The notes under the pieces are model-generated. The model was not told where the DNA came from, ran no database searches, and saw only the letters and a program-made list of their open reading frames with translations. Shown here piece after piece: positions 49,247-60,229 of a stretch of 64,000 nucleotides of DNA; positions within the stretch are counted from its first letter, which is position 1; each line of letters starts with the position of its first letter. A program made the translations under genes and the position numbers. The DNA comes from an uncultured Spirochaetota bacterium. Its GTDB lineage: Bacteria > Spirochaetota > Spirochaetia > SZUA-6 > CAVTHK01. The stretch spans positions 1-64,000 of the forward strand of contig CAVTHK010000005.1 of the NCBI GenBank assembly GCA_963734495.1, given 5' to 3'.

Positions 49247-50710
49247 TCACGGGAGCTTCAGCACCGCGAACGCCGCGTTCTCGTAGACGGCCTGCGCTCC
49301 GGCTGCCAGCAGCCGCACCAGGGCCCTCGCCTGCTCGCGCTTGTGCAGCAGCGCCCAGCGCGCGCCCAGCGCGTGGGGCGCCTCGAGGGGATCCGATGCC
49401 CCGCCTTCAATGAAGGCCCTGATCATCAGGTAGCGCGACCGGTCCGCTCCGTATGCGTAGGCGGGGTTCAGCCCGAAGGGATAGCGGTTGTGCAGGCTGC
49501 GAAAGAAGAGCTGGGGGAACCAACCCCACGAGGCCAGCACGAGGCTGTCCTCTTCGGTGTTCGCGGCAAGCCAGTCCGCCGCGTCAAAAGCGGGCCGTGG
49601 GTCGGCGAGCCGGTGCTGAACCAGCACGCGGTTGTAGATCTGGGGCAGCGACCACAGCGTCATGACCGCGAGGGCCGCCGCTGCCACCGCGGCGCGCACC
49701 CGCGGCGCGAGCGGCTGCCACGAGCACGCCGCCAGGGCCGCTACAGCCACGGGGACGAAGTACTCGATGCTCTTGAGCGACATCGCGAGCCCGAGCAGCA
49801 GGAGCGCCGCTGCTCCCGCGAGCGCCGAAGCCGCGGGCGGGCGCTCCGCGCGCGCGGCGAGCGCGAACGCGATGCCGGCGACCGGCAGGATCGCCCCGGC
49901 GAGCGCGATCGTTGCGTCCGGCGGCAGCCATTCGGCGATCGGCTCGAGGCCCGGCGGGTGCAGCCACTGGATGCCGAGCTCGAGCCAGTAGGCCGCGAAC
50001 TGCTTCGGGAAGCCGGGGTGCACGACGATCCCGGCCGCGGCCCCTGCCGCGGCCGCGACGAGCGCGGCAAAGCGGGGGCGGCCTTCATCCAGACTTCTCG
50101 CCGCGTCATGGAGCAGCGCGAGCATGATGAGCAGCGGGAACCCGGGGTAGGTCCACACGGCGAGGAAAGAAACGAGCGCGGTCAGGCGCGGCTTGTTGGA
50201 GACGAGCGTGTGGACGAAGAAGAACATCGCCGCGATGAAGAGCGTGCCCGCGCGTCCGAAAAGCCATCGCCCCGTGAAGATCGGAGACCCGAGCACGAGG
50301 AAGAGCGTCCAGAACCAGCGGTGCCGCGTCCCGAGCCTGCGCAGCAGCAGCACGAAGGCGAAGACGCCGAGCGCCGCGAAGGCGGCGGTGGCGAGCTTTG
50401 CCGCCGTGATGAGGTCGGGAGCGGCGAGCACGAACGGCACCTCGAGCCAGTGGAAGAGGAAATGGAAGTCGACGAACCGATCGGCCTGGATCGAGGCCGC
50501 CATCCACGGCAGGGTCTCGAGCCAGCCGCGGCTGCGCAGAAGGTCGGCGATGCGGATGTGATAGTAGGCGTCCGCGTCGAGAAGATAACCGCCCAGAAAG
50601 AGGAGGTAGAGAAAAAAGAGAAGGCTGCCGCACGCCAGCCACGCTTCGTCGTGTCGCGCCGCCCACGTCAGCCACGCCGGCGCGGCGCGCGGCCGCGATT
50701 CGCCGGACAC
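49247..50710 (-). CDS. Multi-TM GT-C-like membrane protein
   Basis: DADAYYHIR, FHFLFH, many TMs, WLAANTEEDSLV.ASW. Confidence 0.7.
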   Translation of the reverse strand: MSGESRPRAAPAWLTWAARHDEAWLACGSLLFFLYLLFLGGYLLDADAYYHIRIADLLRSRGWLETLPWMAASIQADRFVDFHFLFHWLEVPFVLAAPDLITAAKLATAAFAALGVFAFVLLLRRLGTRHRWFWTLFLVLGSPIFTGRWLFGRAGTLFIAAMFFFVHTLVSNKPRLTALVSFLAVWTYPGFPLLIMLALLHDAARSLDEGRPRFAALVAAAAGAAAGIVVHPGFPKQFAAYWLELGIQWLHPPGLEPIAEWLPPDATIALAGAILPVAGIAFALAARAERPPAASALAGAAALLLLGLAMSLKSIEYFVPVAVAALAACSWQPLAPRVRAAVAAAALAVMTLWSLPQIYNRVLVQHRLADPRPAFDAADWLAANTEEDSLVLASWGWFPQLFFRSLHNRYPFGLNPAYAYGADRSRYLMIRAFIEGGASDPLEAPHALGARWALLHKREQARALVRLLAAGAQAVYENAAFAVLKLP

Positions 50711-50806
50711 AGATCGCCTCCCCGCCGCCGGCCACGATACCCGCGCATCGGCCGCCGGTCAAACCGATCGCCAGCGCGCCGTGACGGGTATATGCTCACG
50801 CGCAGC

Positions 50807-51559
50807 ATGGAAGAACAAGAGCGCGTCGAACAGGCACGCCGGCGCTTCGACGGAGAATTGCATACGGACGGATACCGGAAGGTCCATGAAGACGCTTCCC
50901 ACCTGGAAGCCCTGATGAATCTCCTCGATGTCCGGCCCGACGAGCGCTTGCTGGATCTGGGAACGGGCAACGGCTATCTGGCGTTTGAGATGGCTCGCAG
51001 ATTTCCGGACGCGACCGTCACGGGCCTCGACGTCGCTGCGCGCGCGATCCAGGTCAATCAGAAGCTCCAAAAGGAACGCGGAATAGGAAATCTCGACTTT
51101 GTTTCGTACGAAGGCACGAAGCTTCCGTTCGCCAACGCCCATTTCTCAGGGGCGATTTCCAGATATGCCTTCCATCATTTCCCTGACCCGGCCTTCTCGG
51201 TGCAGGAGCTGCACCGGGTGACCGATTCCCAGGGGGTTGTCGTGATCGCGGACCCGGTCACTTACGAAGACGACACGGCCGGTTTCATCGACGAGCTTCA
51301 GAAGCTCAAAGGGGATGGACACGTTCATTTCTTCGGAGTCGCGGAACTGGACGCGCTGTTTCGACGGTACGGGTTTGCCGCGGAAGCCCGGTTCCTGAGC
51401 ACGATCTCATATCCCCGGGATGCCGATCAAGCGTACCTGCGCCTGATCGAGAGGACGCCGGCATCGATCCTGCGCCGGTACCGCATCGAGCTTCGAGAGA
51501 ACACAGTGCATGTCACGGTGACCGTCCAGAACGTCCTCTATCGGAAGGTTGCTGCTTAG
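50807..51559 (+). CDS. Class I SAM-dependent methyltransferase
   Basis: LLDLGTGNG, TGLD, AFHHFPD. Confidence 0.9.
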   Translation: MEEQERVEQARRRFDGELHTDGYRKVHEDASHLEALMNLLDVRPDERLLDLGTGNGYLAFEMARRFPDATVTGLDVAARAIQVNQKLQKERGIGNLDFVSYEGTKLPFANAHFSGAISRYAFHHFPDPAFSVQELHRVTDSQGVVVIADPVTYEDDTAGFIDELQKLKGDGHVHFFGVAELDALFRRYGFAAEARFLSTISYPRDADQAYLRLIERTPASILRRYRIELRENTVHVTVTVQNVLYRKVAA

Positions 51560-51611
51560 CGCGGGATATGGCCCGCGCCCGCCGCCTGCGGGAGGCTCCG
51601 CGCTTTCCGGA

Positions 51612-53084
51612 TCAGGCTCGCCGCGACAAGCCGTTTTCGCGGCAGATCCTGCGGGACACGGACCGGGCCGTCAAAAGGCCGGAAGGAAGCCCGCCACCGG
51701 GGCTGATCCACTGGCCGACCATGTAGAAACCCGCCAGACCGGGGAGGACTTCCGGCAGTTGCCTGATGCCCGTGGTCGGTGTCATCAGCCAGCCCTCCAT
51801 GCTGCCGCGCCAGTTGCCGGTGTACCGCAGGACCGTGGCCGGAGTGGCTACATCGACGACCTCGACCTTGCCCCGCGCCGCAGGGAACCTCTCCTCGAAG
51901 ACCGCAACGACCTCCCTGGCGATTCGGCTCTTCTCAGCGTCGTATCTTGCGCGATCGTCGTCCCGAAGAGACCGCCAGTACGCGTCATTCGAGGTGACGA
52001 TGAGCACGACAGCGGCGGTCTTGCCCGCGGGGGCGAACGTCGGGTCGAAATTGAAGATGCGCATCGACAGCGAGTCGGTTCTAGTCTCCGGGTCGATATC
52101 CAGCGTCCGGCCCAGTGTCATGTACAGGTACGGCGGCTCGCCCTTCAGCTCGGCTCCTACACCAAGGGACACCTGAATGTAAGAAGGGAACAGCCGATAG
52201 GTCTTGTACACGGTGGCTATCTTGTCGCTCAGGTACTTCCCTTCAAGCATTCCAAAAATCGTCGCATGACCGTCGGCCGCCGAAACGACGACGTCCGCCG
52301 CAATGCGCTCTCCACTCTCGAGGACGACTCCGGTAGCTCGGCCCTTGTCGACGGAGATCGTCTTGACCTTGGCCGCGAAGCGGATTCTCCCTCCCAGTGA
52401 TCGATAGCGTTCCTCGATGAGACCGATCAGCCTGGGCGACCCGCCGACTGGATAGCCGGCGTTGCCGTTCGTCATCCATGCGAGCGAGAAGGCGATCGCA
52501 ATGAAAGACAGCTCGGTCAGGCCTGCGCCGAAGAACTCCCTCAGGAGTGGATTCCTGAATCGTTTCGCAAAGTCGCCCATAGTGAGCTTCGAGTACTTGC
52601 CGAACATCGGGAAATACGGAATCGCTCTCAAGTAGGACGCGAGGCGTGACAGGACCGAGTCGCCGCCGGGCATCCGGAAAGACGACAGCTTCCGGATGAG
52701 CGCGGTGAGCTCCTTGACCGCCGCGGCGTCTTCGGGCGCTTTGGCCAGGAGCTCCTTCTCCAGCCTGTCGACGTTCCGGTAGATCGTCAGTTGCGCACCG
52801 TCTTTCTCGATGACCTCGAACACATCCCCGTCGTGAAACTTGATACGGCCGATGTCCAAGACCTCTTTCCAGGTCGCGTTCATCTCGGCGCCTTCCCTGG
52901 ACCCGACGAGCCAGTGAACGCAGTTCTCGAAGGTGAAGCCTTTCCTCGTCCATGCGGTGGCGAGCCCGCCGGCTGCGGTGTGCATCTCGAGGATCTCGGT
53001 GTCCATGCCGTTCTTGCGCAGGTAGACGCCGGCGCACAGGCCCGCGATTCCCGCTCCGATGATCAGCGCTTTCTTGTTTTCCAT
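51612..53084 (-). CDS. Phytoene desaturase-family NAD(P)/FAD oxidoreductase
   Basis: IIGAGIAGL, ATPAT, GQWISPGGG. Confidence 0.9.
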   Translation of the reverse strand: MENKKALIIGAGIAGLCAGVYLRKNGMDTEILEMHTAAGGLATAWTRKGFTFENCVHWLVGSREGAEMNATWKEVLDIGRIKFHDGDVFEVIEKDGAQLTIYRNVDRLEKELLAKAPEDAAAVKELTALIRKLSSFRMPGGDSVLSRLASYLRAIPYFPMFGKYSKLTMGDFAKRFRNPLLREFFGAGLTELSFIAIAFSLAWMTNGNAGYPVGGSPRLIGLIEERYRSLGGRIRFAAKVKTISVDKGRATGVVLESGERIAADVVVSAADGHATIFGMLEGKYLSDKIATVYKTYRLFPSYIQVSLGVGAELKGEPPYLYMTLGRTLDIDPETRTDSLSMRIFNFDPTFAPAGKTAAVVLIVTSNDAYWRSLRDDDRARYDAEKSRIAREVVAVFEERFPAARGKVEVVDVATPATVLRYTGNWRGSMEGWLMTPTTGIRQLPEVLPGLAGFYMVGQWISPGGGLPSGLLTARSVSRRICRENGLSRRA

Positions 53085-53553
53085 GCCGCCCTTCCGTGGA
53101 CATTCTCGACTCTGATGGCTCAGATACGCAGGACCAGAGCCAGGGAGGATGTGCGGTCCCAAGTCTACGCCGATCGAAACGGCGGCCGCAAGATGGAAAA
53201 GGCAGGACGGCATCATCGGACGTGGCGAGTTTGCGCGCGCGGCCTTCCCCCGCACGGGCCCGCATGGGGTTTGTTGCCCGGACTTGTGGCGGCCTGCCTG
53301 TTGCGGATTGACGCGCACGGGCCTAGAATCAGGTGTCAGAGCCATCACGCTTGAGGCAGACCGAGGCGAGCCAGCGGATGGCCGGAAACAGCGTGGCCCG
53401 CCCGACCCGGATCGGCAGGCGCGAAGGCAGGGCGACGGCCGAGCTACCACCCGAGTGGGGCAGTGTTCTGCGCCCGGTCGCTCGATGTCGCGAGGCGTGC
53501 TGGCTCGAGCGGCCACGGTCGTTGCCGATTGCATCCCGGAAAGGAGAGAGAAC

Positions 53554-54408
53554 ATGAGCCATGGATCCGTTGCTCCGCTGACCTTCCTGCTGTCTTGTAT
53601 GGGCGCTCTCGCCCAGCAGCCCGCTCCTCTGGCACCCGTCACCCTGCAGCAGGTCGCCCCCAACCTTTACATGACGGTCGGCGGACGGGGCGCGCAGGGC
53701 GGAGTCTACATTGGTGACACCGAAGTGCTTCTCATCGACTCGAAGCAGGACGCAGCATCGGTCGGGCAGGTTTTCGCGGAGATCAGGAAGCTCACGAACA
53801 ATCCGGTCACACGCCTGGTGAACACCCACGCCGATGGTGACCACGTGTTCGGGAACAGGTTCCTGCCTGCGGGTGTGACCGTCATCGCGCACGAGAACTG
53901 CCTCAAGGAGTTCTTCGCGGCGAGCATGGGCGGCCAGGCGTCCGACTGGAACAATCCGGCACTGAAAGCGTCCCTGCCCTCGGTGACCTACCGGGACAGG
54001 ATGATCCTCCAGGTCGGCGCGAAGAAAGTCGAGCTCTGGTACTTTGGGGTCGGCCACACCACTGGCGATACGGTGGTCTTCTTCCCTGATGAGAAGGTGG
54101 CGTTCGTGGGAGACCAGCTGTTTGTCGGGCGGGTGCAGCTCATCCACGCATACAAAGGCGGGAGCTCGCTTGGCGAAGTGGCGGCCCTGGAGCAGATGCT
54201 CGCTACCATCGACGCCCGGCGATTCGTCAGCGGCCACAGTGAAATCCAGGACCGCGCGGGAGTACAGGCCCACGCCGCCCGCATGAAGGCGATGCAGGAG
54301 AAAGTCCGCGGCTTGAAAGCGGCGGGCCTGAGCCTCGAGGATGTCCAGAAGCAGTTCGCGCAGAACGAAATGACCCTCGTCGGCGTGATCTTCGCCGAAA
54401 CGAAGTAG
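53554..54408 (+). CDS. Exported MBL-fold metallo-hydrolase
   Basis: THADGDHVFGN, GHTTGD, GD, SGH; SD AGGAG. Confidence 0.9.
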   Translation: MSHGSVAPLTFLLSCMGALAQQPAPLAPVTLQQVAPNLYMTVGGRGAQGGVYIGDTEVLLIDSKQDAASVGQVFAEIRKLTNNPVTRLVNTHADGDHVFGNRFLPAGVTVIAHENCLKEFFAASMGGQASDWNNPALKASLPSVTYRDRMILQVGAKKVELWYFGVGHTTGDTVVFFPDEKVAFVGDQLFVGRVQLIHAYKGGSSLGEVAALEQMLATIDARRFVSGHSEIQDRAGVQAHAARMKAMQEKVRGLKAAGLSLEDVQKQFAQNEMTLVGVIFAETK

Positions 54409-54541
54409 AACCCGCGCCCGTCGGGCGAGACGCGCCCCATTCACGCATTCACGGGCCGCCCGACGGCAGGAGAGTGCGCATCTTGCGCCGCGTCGCGCGG
54501 GGCACTAACATCGGCAGCAGGTAACAACGTCGGAGGCTGTC

Positions 54542-55660
<1,119 letters not shown>

Positions 55661-55688
55661 CGAGACGAGAACCCGCCCCCGCGGCTCC

Positions 55689-56516
55689 TCAGCGGACGGC
55701 ACGGATGTGGTGGCACTGCGCGAGCCACGCCGCCGTTCCGCCCGTGAGCTCCACCGGCTCCACCACGCTGACCAGCGCCGCGACCTTGGCTCCCGTCGTG
55801 ATGACGGGCGATCCCGGATCGGGCGCCCGGCGGCGGACGAAGACGTCGAACGACTCCGGCCCCGTCACGATGAGCAGGGCGTGATAGCTGCGCACGTCCT
55901 CGGTGCCGATCCACTCGCCGGTCACGAGGTCCACGTCCACCTCGACGGGCGCGATGGCGCCCCCGAGACCCTCCTCGAGCAGGAGCCGGGAAACGTACCC
56001 GCGCTCGTCGTCTTCGGTGGGAAGCGCGAGCAGACTCCGGAGACCCGCCGAGACCTTGAGGCCCTGGCCTACGCCGCTGGCAACCGGAGCGCCCTTGCGG
56101 ATCTGGTCGTTGAGGTCCTTGAGCAGGGCGTCCATCAGCTGGTCCGATGGCCTGGCGCCCGGGGCGTAGGCCTCCAGGAGCCGCGCGGTCGGCGGGGTGA
56201 GGGACTTCCTGAGGTACAACGCGAGCGGCCCGGTCCCGCGCCGGATCTCGGTCGCCAGGGCCGCCGGCTCGAGGATCTCCTCGCGCCTCAGCGTGAAGAA
56301 CCAGGCCGCCTTGGGAACCACGTCGGCGACCGTGCCGGTCAGGACGTACAGCTTGGTCCGGTCGACAGCCTGTGGGCGACCGTCGTCGAGCAGGCGGCCG
56401 AGCTCCTTGAGGCCCGTCCCGAAGTCTACGATCGAATCGAACTGGGAAATGTTCTGGGCCGGCAGCAGGGCCGCGACAAGGCCGAGCAGCGGGCCAATGA
56501 TCAGCTTACTGCGCAT
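55689..56516 (-). CDS. Exported hypothetical protein
   Basis: Signal peptide; upstream TTGACC-N18-TACTAT. Confidence 0.7.
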   Translation of the reverse strand: MRSKLIIGPLLGLVAALLPAQNISQFDSIVDFGTGLKELGRLLDDGRPQAVDRTKLYVLTGTVADVVPKAAWFFTLRREEILEPAALATEIRRGTGPLALYLRKSLTPPTARLLEAYAPGARPSDQLMDALLKDLNDQIRKGAPVASGVGQGLKVSAGLRSLLALPTEDDERGYVSRLLLEEGLGGAIAPVEVDVDLVTGEWIGTEDVRSYHALLIVTGPESFDVFVRRRAPDPGSPVITTGAKVAALVSVVEPVELTGGTAAWLAQCHHIRAVR

Positions 56517-56822
56517 GCGCGGGCCCCCCAGAGGTGGCCGCATAGTAAGCCGTCGCTCCGAAGGCGGTCAAGGACAGGCGCCCTGGTCCCCGGAGGTCCC
56601 GCGTACTCGCGGGAGTGCGTATTCGCCGGAGATGGCGTTGGTGCCGGGCTGGGACAGCGCTTTTGACCGGCGTGCTCGCCGTGTGCTCGCGGGGGAGGCC
56701 CTGGCCCGGGCCGATCGCGCGCGCCCGGGCGCCGGCTCTCCGCGGCGGGAGCTCGCCGTCGCAGCGCTCCGGGCAGGGCTGCAGCGCGCACCCGATGCCG
56801 ACGGCGCCGGGCCTTTTCCCAT

Positions 56823-56851
56823 TTGACAAAGGAATAGGCGGCCGATACTAT
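56823..56851 (+). promoter_or_regulatory. Near-consensus sigma70 promoter
   Basis: TTGACA-N17-TACTAT. Confidence 0.75.
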
Positions 56852-56915
56852 AGGAATACCTTGCAGGGAGTTGGGAGATTGGCTCCAGTATCTCTAATCT
56901 CGGGCTGGGGATGGT

Positions 56916-57467
56916 ATGAGCAACAACGAGATCGTACCCGGGTTCGATGACGAAAAGGACGATAGCCTCAAGATCCGGCTCCAGAAGTTCGACGGCGTCG
57001 ATAACTGCCTCGCTCTCTACCTGACGGGCTATATCGACACGTACAACTCGAACTACTTCCAGAAGCGGGTCAACAAGGCGATCGAAGCGAGCTACATCAA
57101 GCTGATCTTCCACTGCGGCGGCTTGAACTACGTCTCGAGCACCGGCATCGGCTCCTTCACGGCGTTCCTCAAGGCGGTCAAGCCGCGCGGCGGCGACCTC
57201 GTCCTGCTCGAGATCCAGCCCAAAGTATACGAAGTCTTCCAGTTGCTGGGGTTCTCGCAGTTCTTCAACATCAAGGACACGCTCGACGAGGCGGTGCAGT
57301 TCTTCGCCCGCAAGGGAGAAGCGGCGACCGGGGCCGCCTTCCCCAAAATTTTCAATTGTCCGATCTGCAGCACCAAGCTCAAAGCAGGCAAACCGGGACG
57401 GTTCCGGTGCTCGAACTGCAAGACGATACTGGCCATAGACAACACGGGGCAGGTGTTCCTCGGCTGA
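56916..57467 (+). CDS. STAS anti-sigma-factor antagonist with C-terminal Zn ribbon
   Basis: GYIDTYNS, YVSSTGIG, CPIC...CSNC. Confidence 0.92.
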   Translation: MSNNEIVPGFDDEKDDSLKIRLQKFDGVDNCLALYLTGYIDTYNSNYFQKRVNKAIEASYIKLIFHCGGLNYVSSTGIGSFTAFLKAVKPRGGDLVLLEIQPKVYEVFQLLGFSQFFNIKDTLDEAVQFFARKGEAATGAAFPKIFNCPICSTKLKAGKPGRFRCSNCKTILAIDNTGQVFLG

Positions 57468-57546
57468 GGCTGCGATCCCGCCAGCCCCCGTCGCCGCCCG
57501 ACCCCGTAGGCCCGGCGTACTTGCCGGCTGCACTGCCGGAGGCGGT

Positions 57547-57930
57547 ATGATCAGCAGAGAAAAGCTCGAAGGTTACATGCACGAGCTCGCGCTCACTTAC
57601 CAGGAGCAGGGCGACAACATCTGGCTCGTTTCCGGCAACCAGACCGGCCTCGAGAACGTGGTGGTCATGAAGGCCGACCCGGTGGTCGTGATCCAGGTCA
57701 AGGTCATGAAGGCCCCGCAGAAGCGCCGGGCGGAGCTGTTCGAGCAGCTGCTGCGGTTCAACGCGACGGACATGGTGCACGGAGCCTATGCCCTGCAGGG
57801 CGACGACATCGTCCTCATCGATTCGCTCGAAGGGGAGAGCATGGACTTGAGCGAGTTCCAGGCCTCTCTCGACTCGTTCGGTGTGGCGCTGTCGCAGCAC
57901 TATCAGATCCTGGCCAAGTATCGGAGCTGA
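57547..57930 (+). CDS. YbjN/CesT-like chaperone-fold protein
   Basis: LLRFNATDMVHGAYAL...EFQASLD. Confidence 0.75.
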   Translation: MISREKLEGYMHELALTYQEQGDNIWLVSGNQTGLENVVVMKADPVVVIQVKVMKAPQKRRAELFEQLLRFNATDMVHGAYALQGDDIVLIDSLEGESMDLSEFQASLDSFGVALSQHYQILAKYRS

Positions 57931-57943
57931 GTGGGGGGGTACG

Positions 57944-58633
57944 ATGGGTCTTTTCAAGCGCTTCCGTGATGTGATCCGGGCCAATATCAACGCCATGATC
58001 AGCCGCTCGGAGAACCCGGAAAAGATGCTCAACCAGATGGTTCTCGACATGAACGAGCAGCTCATCGAGAGCAAGAAGGGCGTGGCGGGGGCCATCGCGG
58101 ACGAGAAGCGGCTCGAGCGTCAGATCAGGGAGAACCAGGCCAAGGCCGAGGAGTGGGAGCAGAAGGCCGTGCTGGCGGTCAACGCCGGCAAGGACGACCT
58201 CGCCAAGGAAGCCCTGCTCCGCAAGCAGGAATACGAGAAATACGCTCTGGAGCTCAAGCCTCAGTGGGACGCGCAGAGGGCCAGCGTCGACAAGCTCAAG
58301 GAAAGCCTCAAGGCGCTGCAGCGCAAGATCGAAGAGGCGAATAGGAAGAAGAACATCCTGATCGCGCGCGCCAAGCGGGCGGAGGCCCAGAAGCTGCTGC
58401 AGAACACCATGGGCGGGATGGGCGACAACTCGGCGTTCGAGGCCTTTGACCGCATGGCCGCCAAGGTCGACCAGCTCGAAGCCGAAGGCGAGGCCATGGC
58501 CGAGATCGAGGGCGTCAACGAGGACGCAAGCCTCGAGGCGCAGTTCAAGCAGCTCGAAGGCGGGCAGGCCACGGCGGACAAGCTCCTCGAGGACCTCAAG
58601 AGCAAGATGAAGCGGATCGAGGACAAGACCTGA
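57944..58633 (+). CDS. pspA: PspA/IM30 family protein
   Basis: MGLFKRF...ENPEKML, GKDDLAKEAL, AFDRM. Confidence 0.93.
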   Translation: MGLFKRFRDVIRANINAMISRSENPEKMLNQMVLDMNEQLIESKKGVAGAIADEKRLERQIRENQAKAEEWEQKAVLAVNAGKDDLAKEALLRKQEYEKYALELKPQWDAQRASVDKLKESLKALQRKIEEANRKKNILIARAKRAEAQKLLQNTMGGMGDNSAFEAFDRMAAKVDQLEAEGEAMAEIEGVNEDASLEAQFKQLEGGQATADKLLEDLKSKMKRIEDKT

Positions 58634-58649
58634 GCGCGGAGGTGCTGCC

Positions 58650-59315
58650 ATCTGGTCGGTTAACTTCGTTTCAGACGATCCGATCCGCTCCGAGCACGTC
58701 CGGTCCCTCGCCAGCCGGCTGATCGAGTACCGCGTCGCCTGCACGGAAGAGCCGGCGGGTCGTGACTACGACGCGCTGGTCCTGCCGTCGAGCATGCTGG
58801 AGCTCGCCGGGCGGCTCGCCTCCACCCCGCCTCCGACCCCCGCGGCCGGCTGGCTCCCCGTGATCGCCTACGGCGCGTCATACGACATGCGCCGCGCCTT
58901 TCTCGCGGGCTGCTTCGACTACCTGAAAGATCCCTGGTTCCCGGAGGAGCTCCTCCTCAGGCTCGACCGCCTCTTCCGGGTCACGCACAGGCCTCCGACC
59001 TGGCGCGGAGTGTCGCTGCAGGGCTGCCTGCTCGTTTCGGACAAGGGGCAGGAGGAGCTCTCGTACGTCGAGGCTGTGATCCTCAAGACGCTCCTGGCCC
59101 ACCGCGGCGAGGTCGTGCCTAGGGACGTGCTCTTCTACGCCATCTGGGGACACCTCCCGGAGAACGCGAGCCGGGCGGTGGACGTCCACATCTCCACTTT
59201 GAGGAAGAAGATCCACCGCCTGTGTGCCGACAATGACACCGGGATGAGCGTCATCACGTCCGTGAGACGGATCGGCTACACGATTGCCGATGACGCCCCC
59301 GGAATCCCTTCGTGA
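58650..59315 (+). CDS. OmpR-type winged-helix regulator with degenerate receiver domain (start uncertain)
   Basis: AGCFDYLKDP, SRAVDVHISTLRKK, SVRRIGY; frame is open back to SD GGAGGT at 58638. Confidence 0.8.
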   Translation: MWSVNFVSDDPIRSEHVRSLASRLIEYRVACTEEPAGRDYDALVLPSSMLELAGRLASTPPPTPAAGWLPVIAYGASYDMRRAFLAGCFDYLKDPWFPEELLLRLDRLFRVTHRPPTWRGVSLQGCLLVSDKGQEELSYVEAVILKTLLAHRGEVVPRDVLFYAIWGHLPENASRAVDVHISTLRKKIHRLCADNDTGMSVITSVRRIGYTIADDAPGIPS

Positions 59316-60229
59316 GACTGCTGGTCAGACAGCTTACCGCCTTCATCGTCGCGTTTCTCGGCGCCCTCGCGCTCCTCGGGGTCGTCGCATCGTTCTCGCA
59401 GGCCGCGATCGCGCGCAGCGCCTCCGTGCCGGCCGCACGGATCGCCGAGCAGGCGGGGGCTTCGCTCTTTCCCGCGGTCCTGATCGCATCGCTGGCAGCC
59501 GCTCTCCTCGCCCGCGTCCGCGGCAGCACGCTCGCCGTGGCCGCGGCGGCCCTCGTCGCTCTGGCGGCAGGGCGGGCGCTGCTCAAGCCGGCCGGGGAGC
59601 AGCCCCGTGCGTCCGCGCGGGCGGACACGCTGGTGGCGCCGCGCGAGATGCTCGAGACGGCCGATGCCGGCGTCTGGCTGTACGCGGGAGAGGTCGTCGG
59701 CGCCGACCGCCTGCGCGACCTGGCGTTCATCGCGACGAGCGCGCCCTCCCCGCCCCGCCTCGGCTACGCGGCGGAGGCCCGCATCGGACGCGACCTCAGG
59801 GTCGGCCCCCATCGGCTGAAGGCCGAGCCCGTCAGGCTCACGCTTCTCGCCGCCGACGAATCGATCCGGTCCATCGCCGCGGACCTCGCGCTGCTGCAGG
59901 AGCGGGTGCGCGGGGCGCGGGCCGGAGGCGCGCCCGCCGCGGCGCTGGCGGGCGCGCTGCTGGCGTTTGCAGGCGTCGGCGTGCTGGTCCGCCGCAGCCG
60001 CTGGCCGCTCGCCGGGTGGAGCGTGGCGCTGCTCGCCGCCCGTGGGCTCCTCATCGGCTACCGGTTCGCCGCCGGTGCCCAGGCGCAGGCGTTCGCAGCG
60101 CGGTACCTGGGCGCGAACGCGCCCATGGCGCCGACCGCTGGCCTGCTGCTGATCGGCCTGATCCTCGTCGCATCCGACGTCATCCTCACATCCAGGCAGG
60201 GGACCCGCCGAGGAGCAGGCCTTGTTTGA
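59312..60229 (+). CDS. Membrane hypothetical protein (LptF/G-like topology)
   Basis: N-terminal TMs, beta-rich loop, C-terminal TMs; GTGA coupling. Confidence 0.55.
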   Translation: MRLLVRQLTAFIVAFLGALALLGVVASFSQAAIARSASVPAARIAEQAGASLFPAVLIASLAAALLARVRGSTLAVAAAALVALAAGRALLKPAGEQPRASARADTLVAPREMLETADAGVWLYAGEVVGADRLRDLAFIATSAPSPPRLGYAAEARIGRDLRVGPHRLKAEPVRLTLLAADESIRSIAADLALLQERVRGARAGGAPAAALAGALLAFAGVGVLVRRSRWPLAGWSVALLAARGLLIGYRFAAGAQAQAFAARYLGANAPMAPTAGLLLIGLILVASDVILTSRQGTRRGAGLV

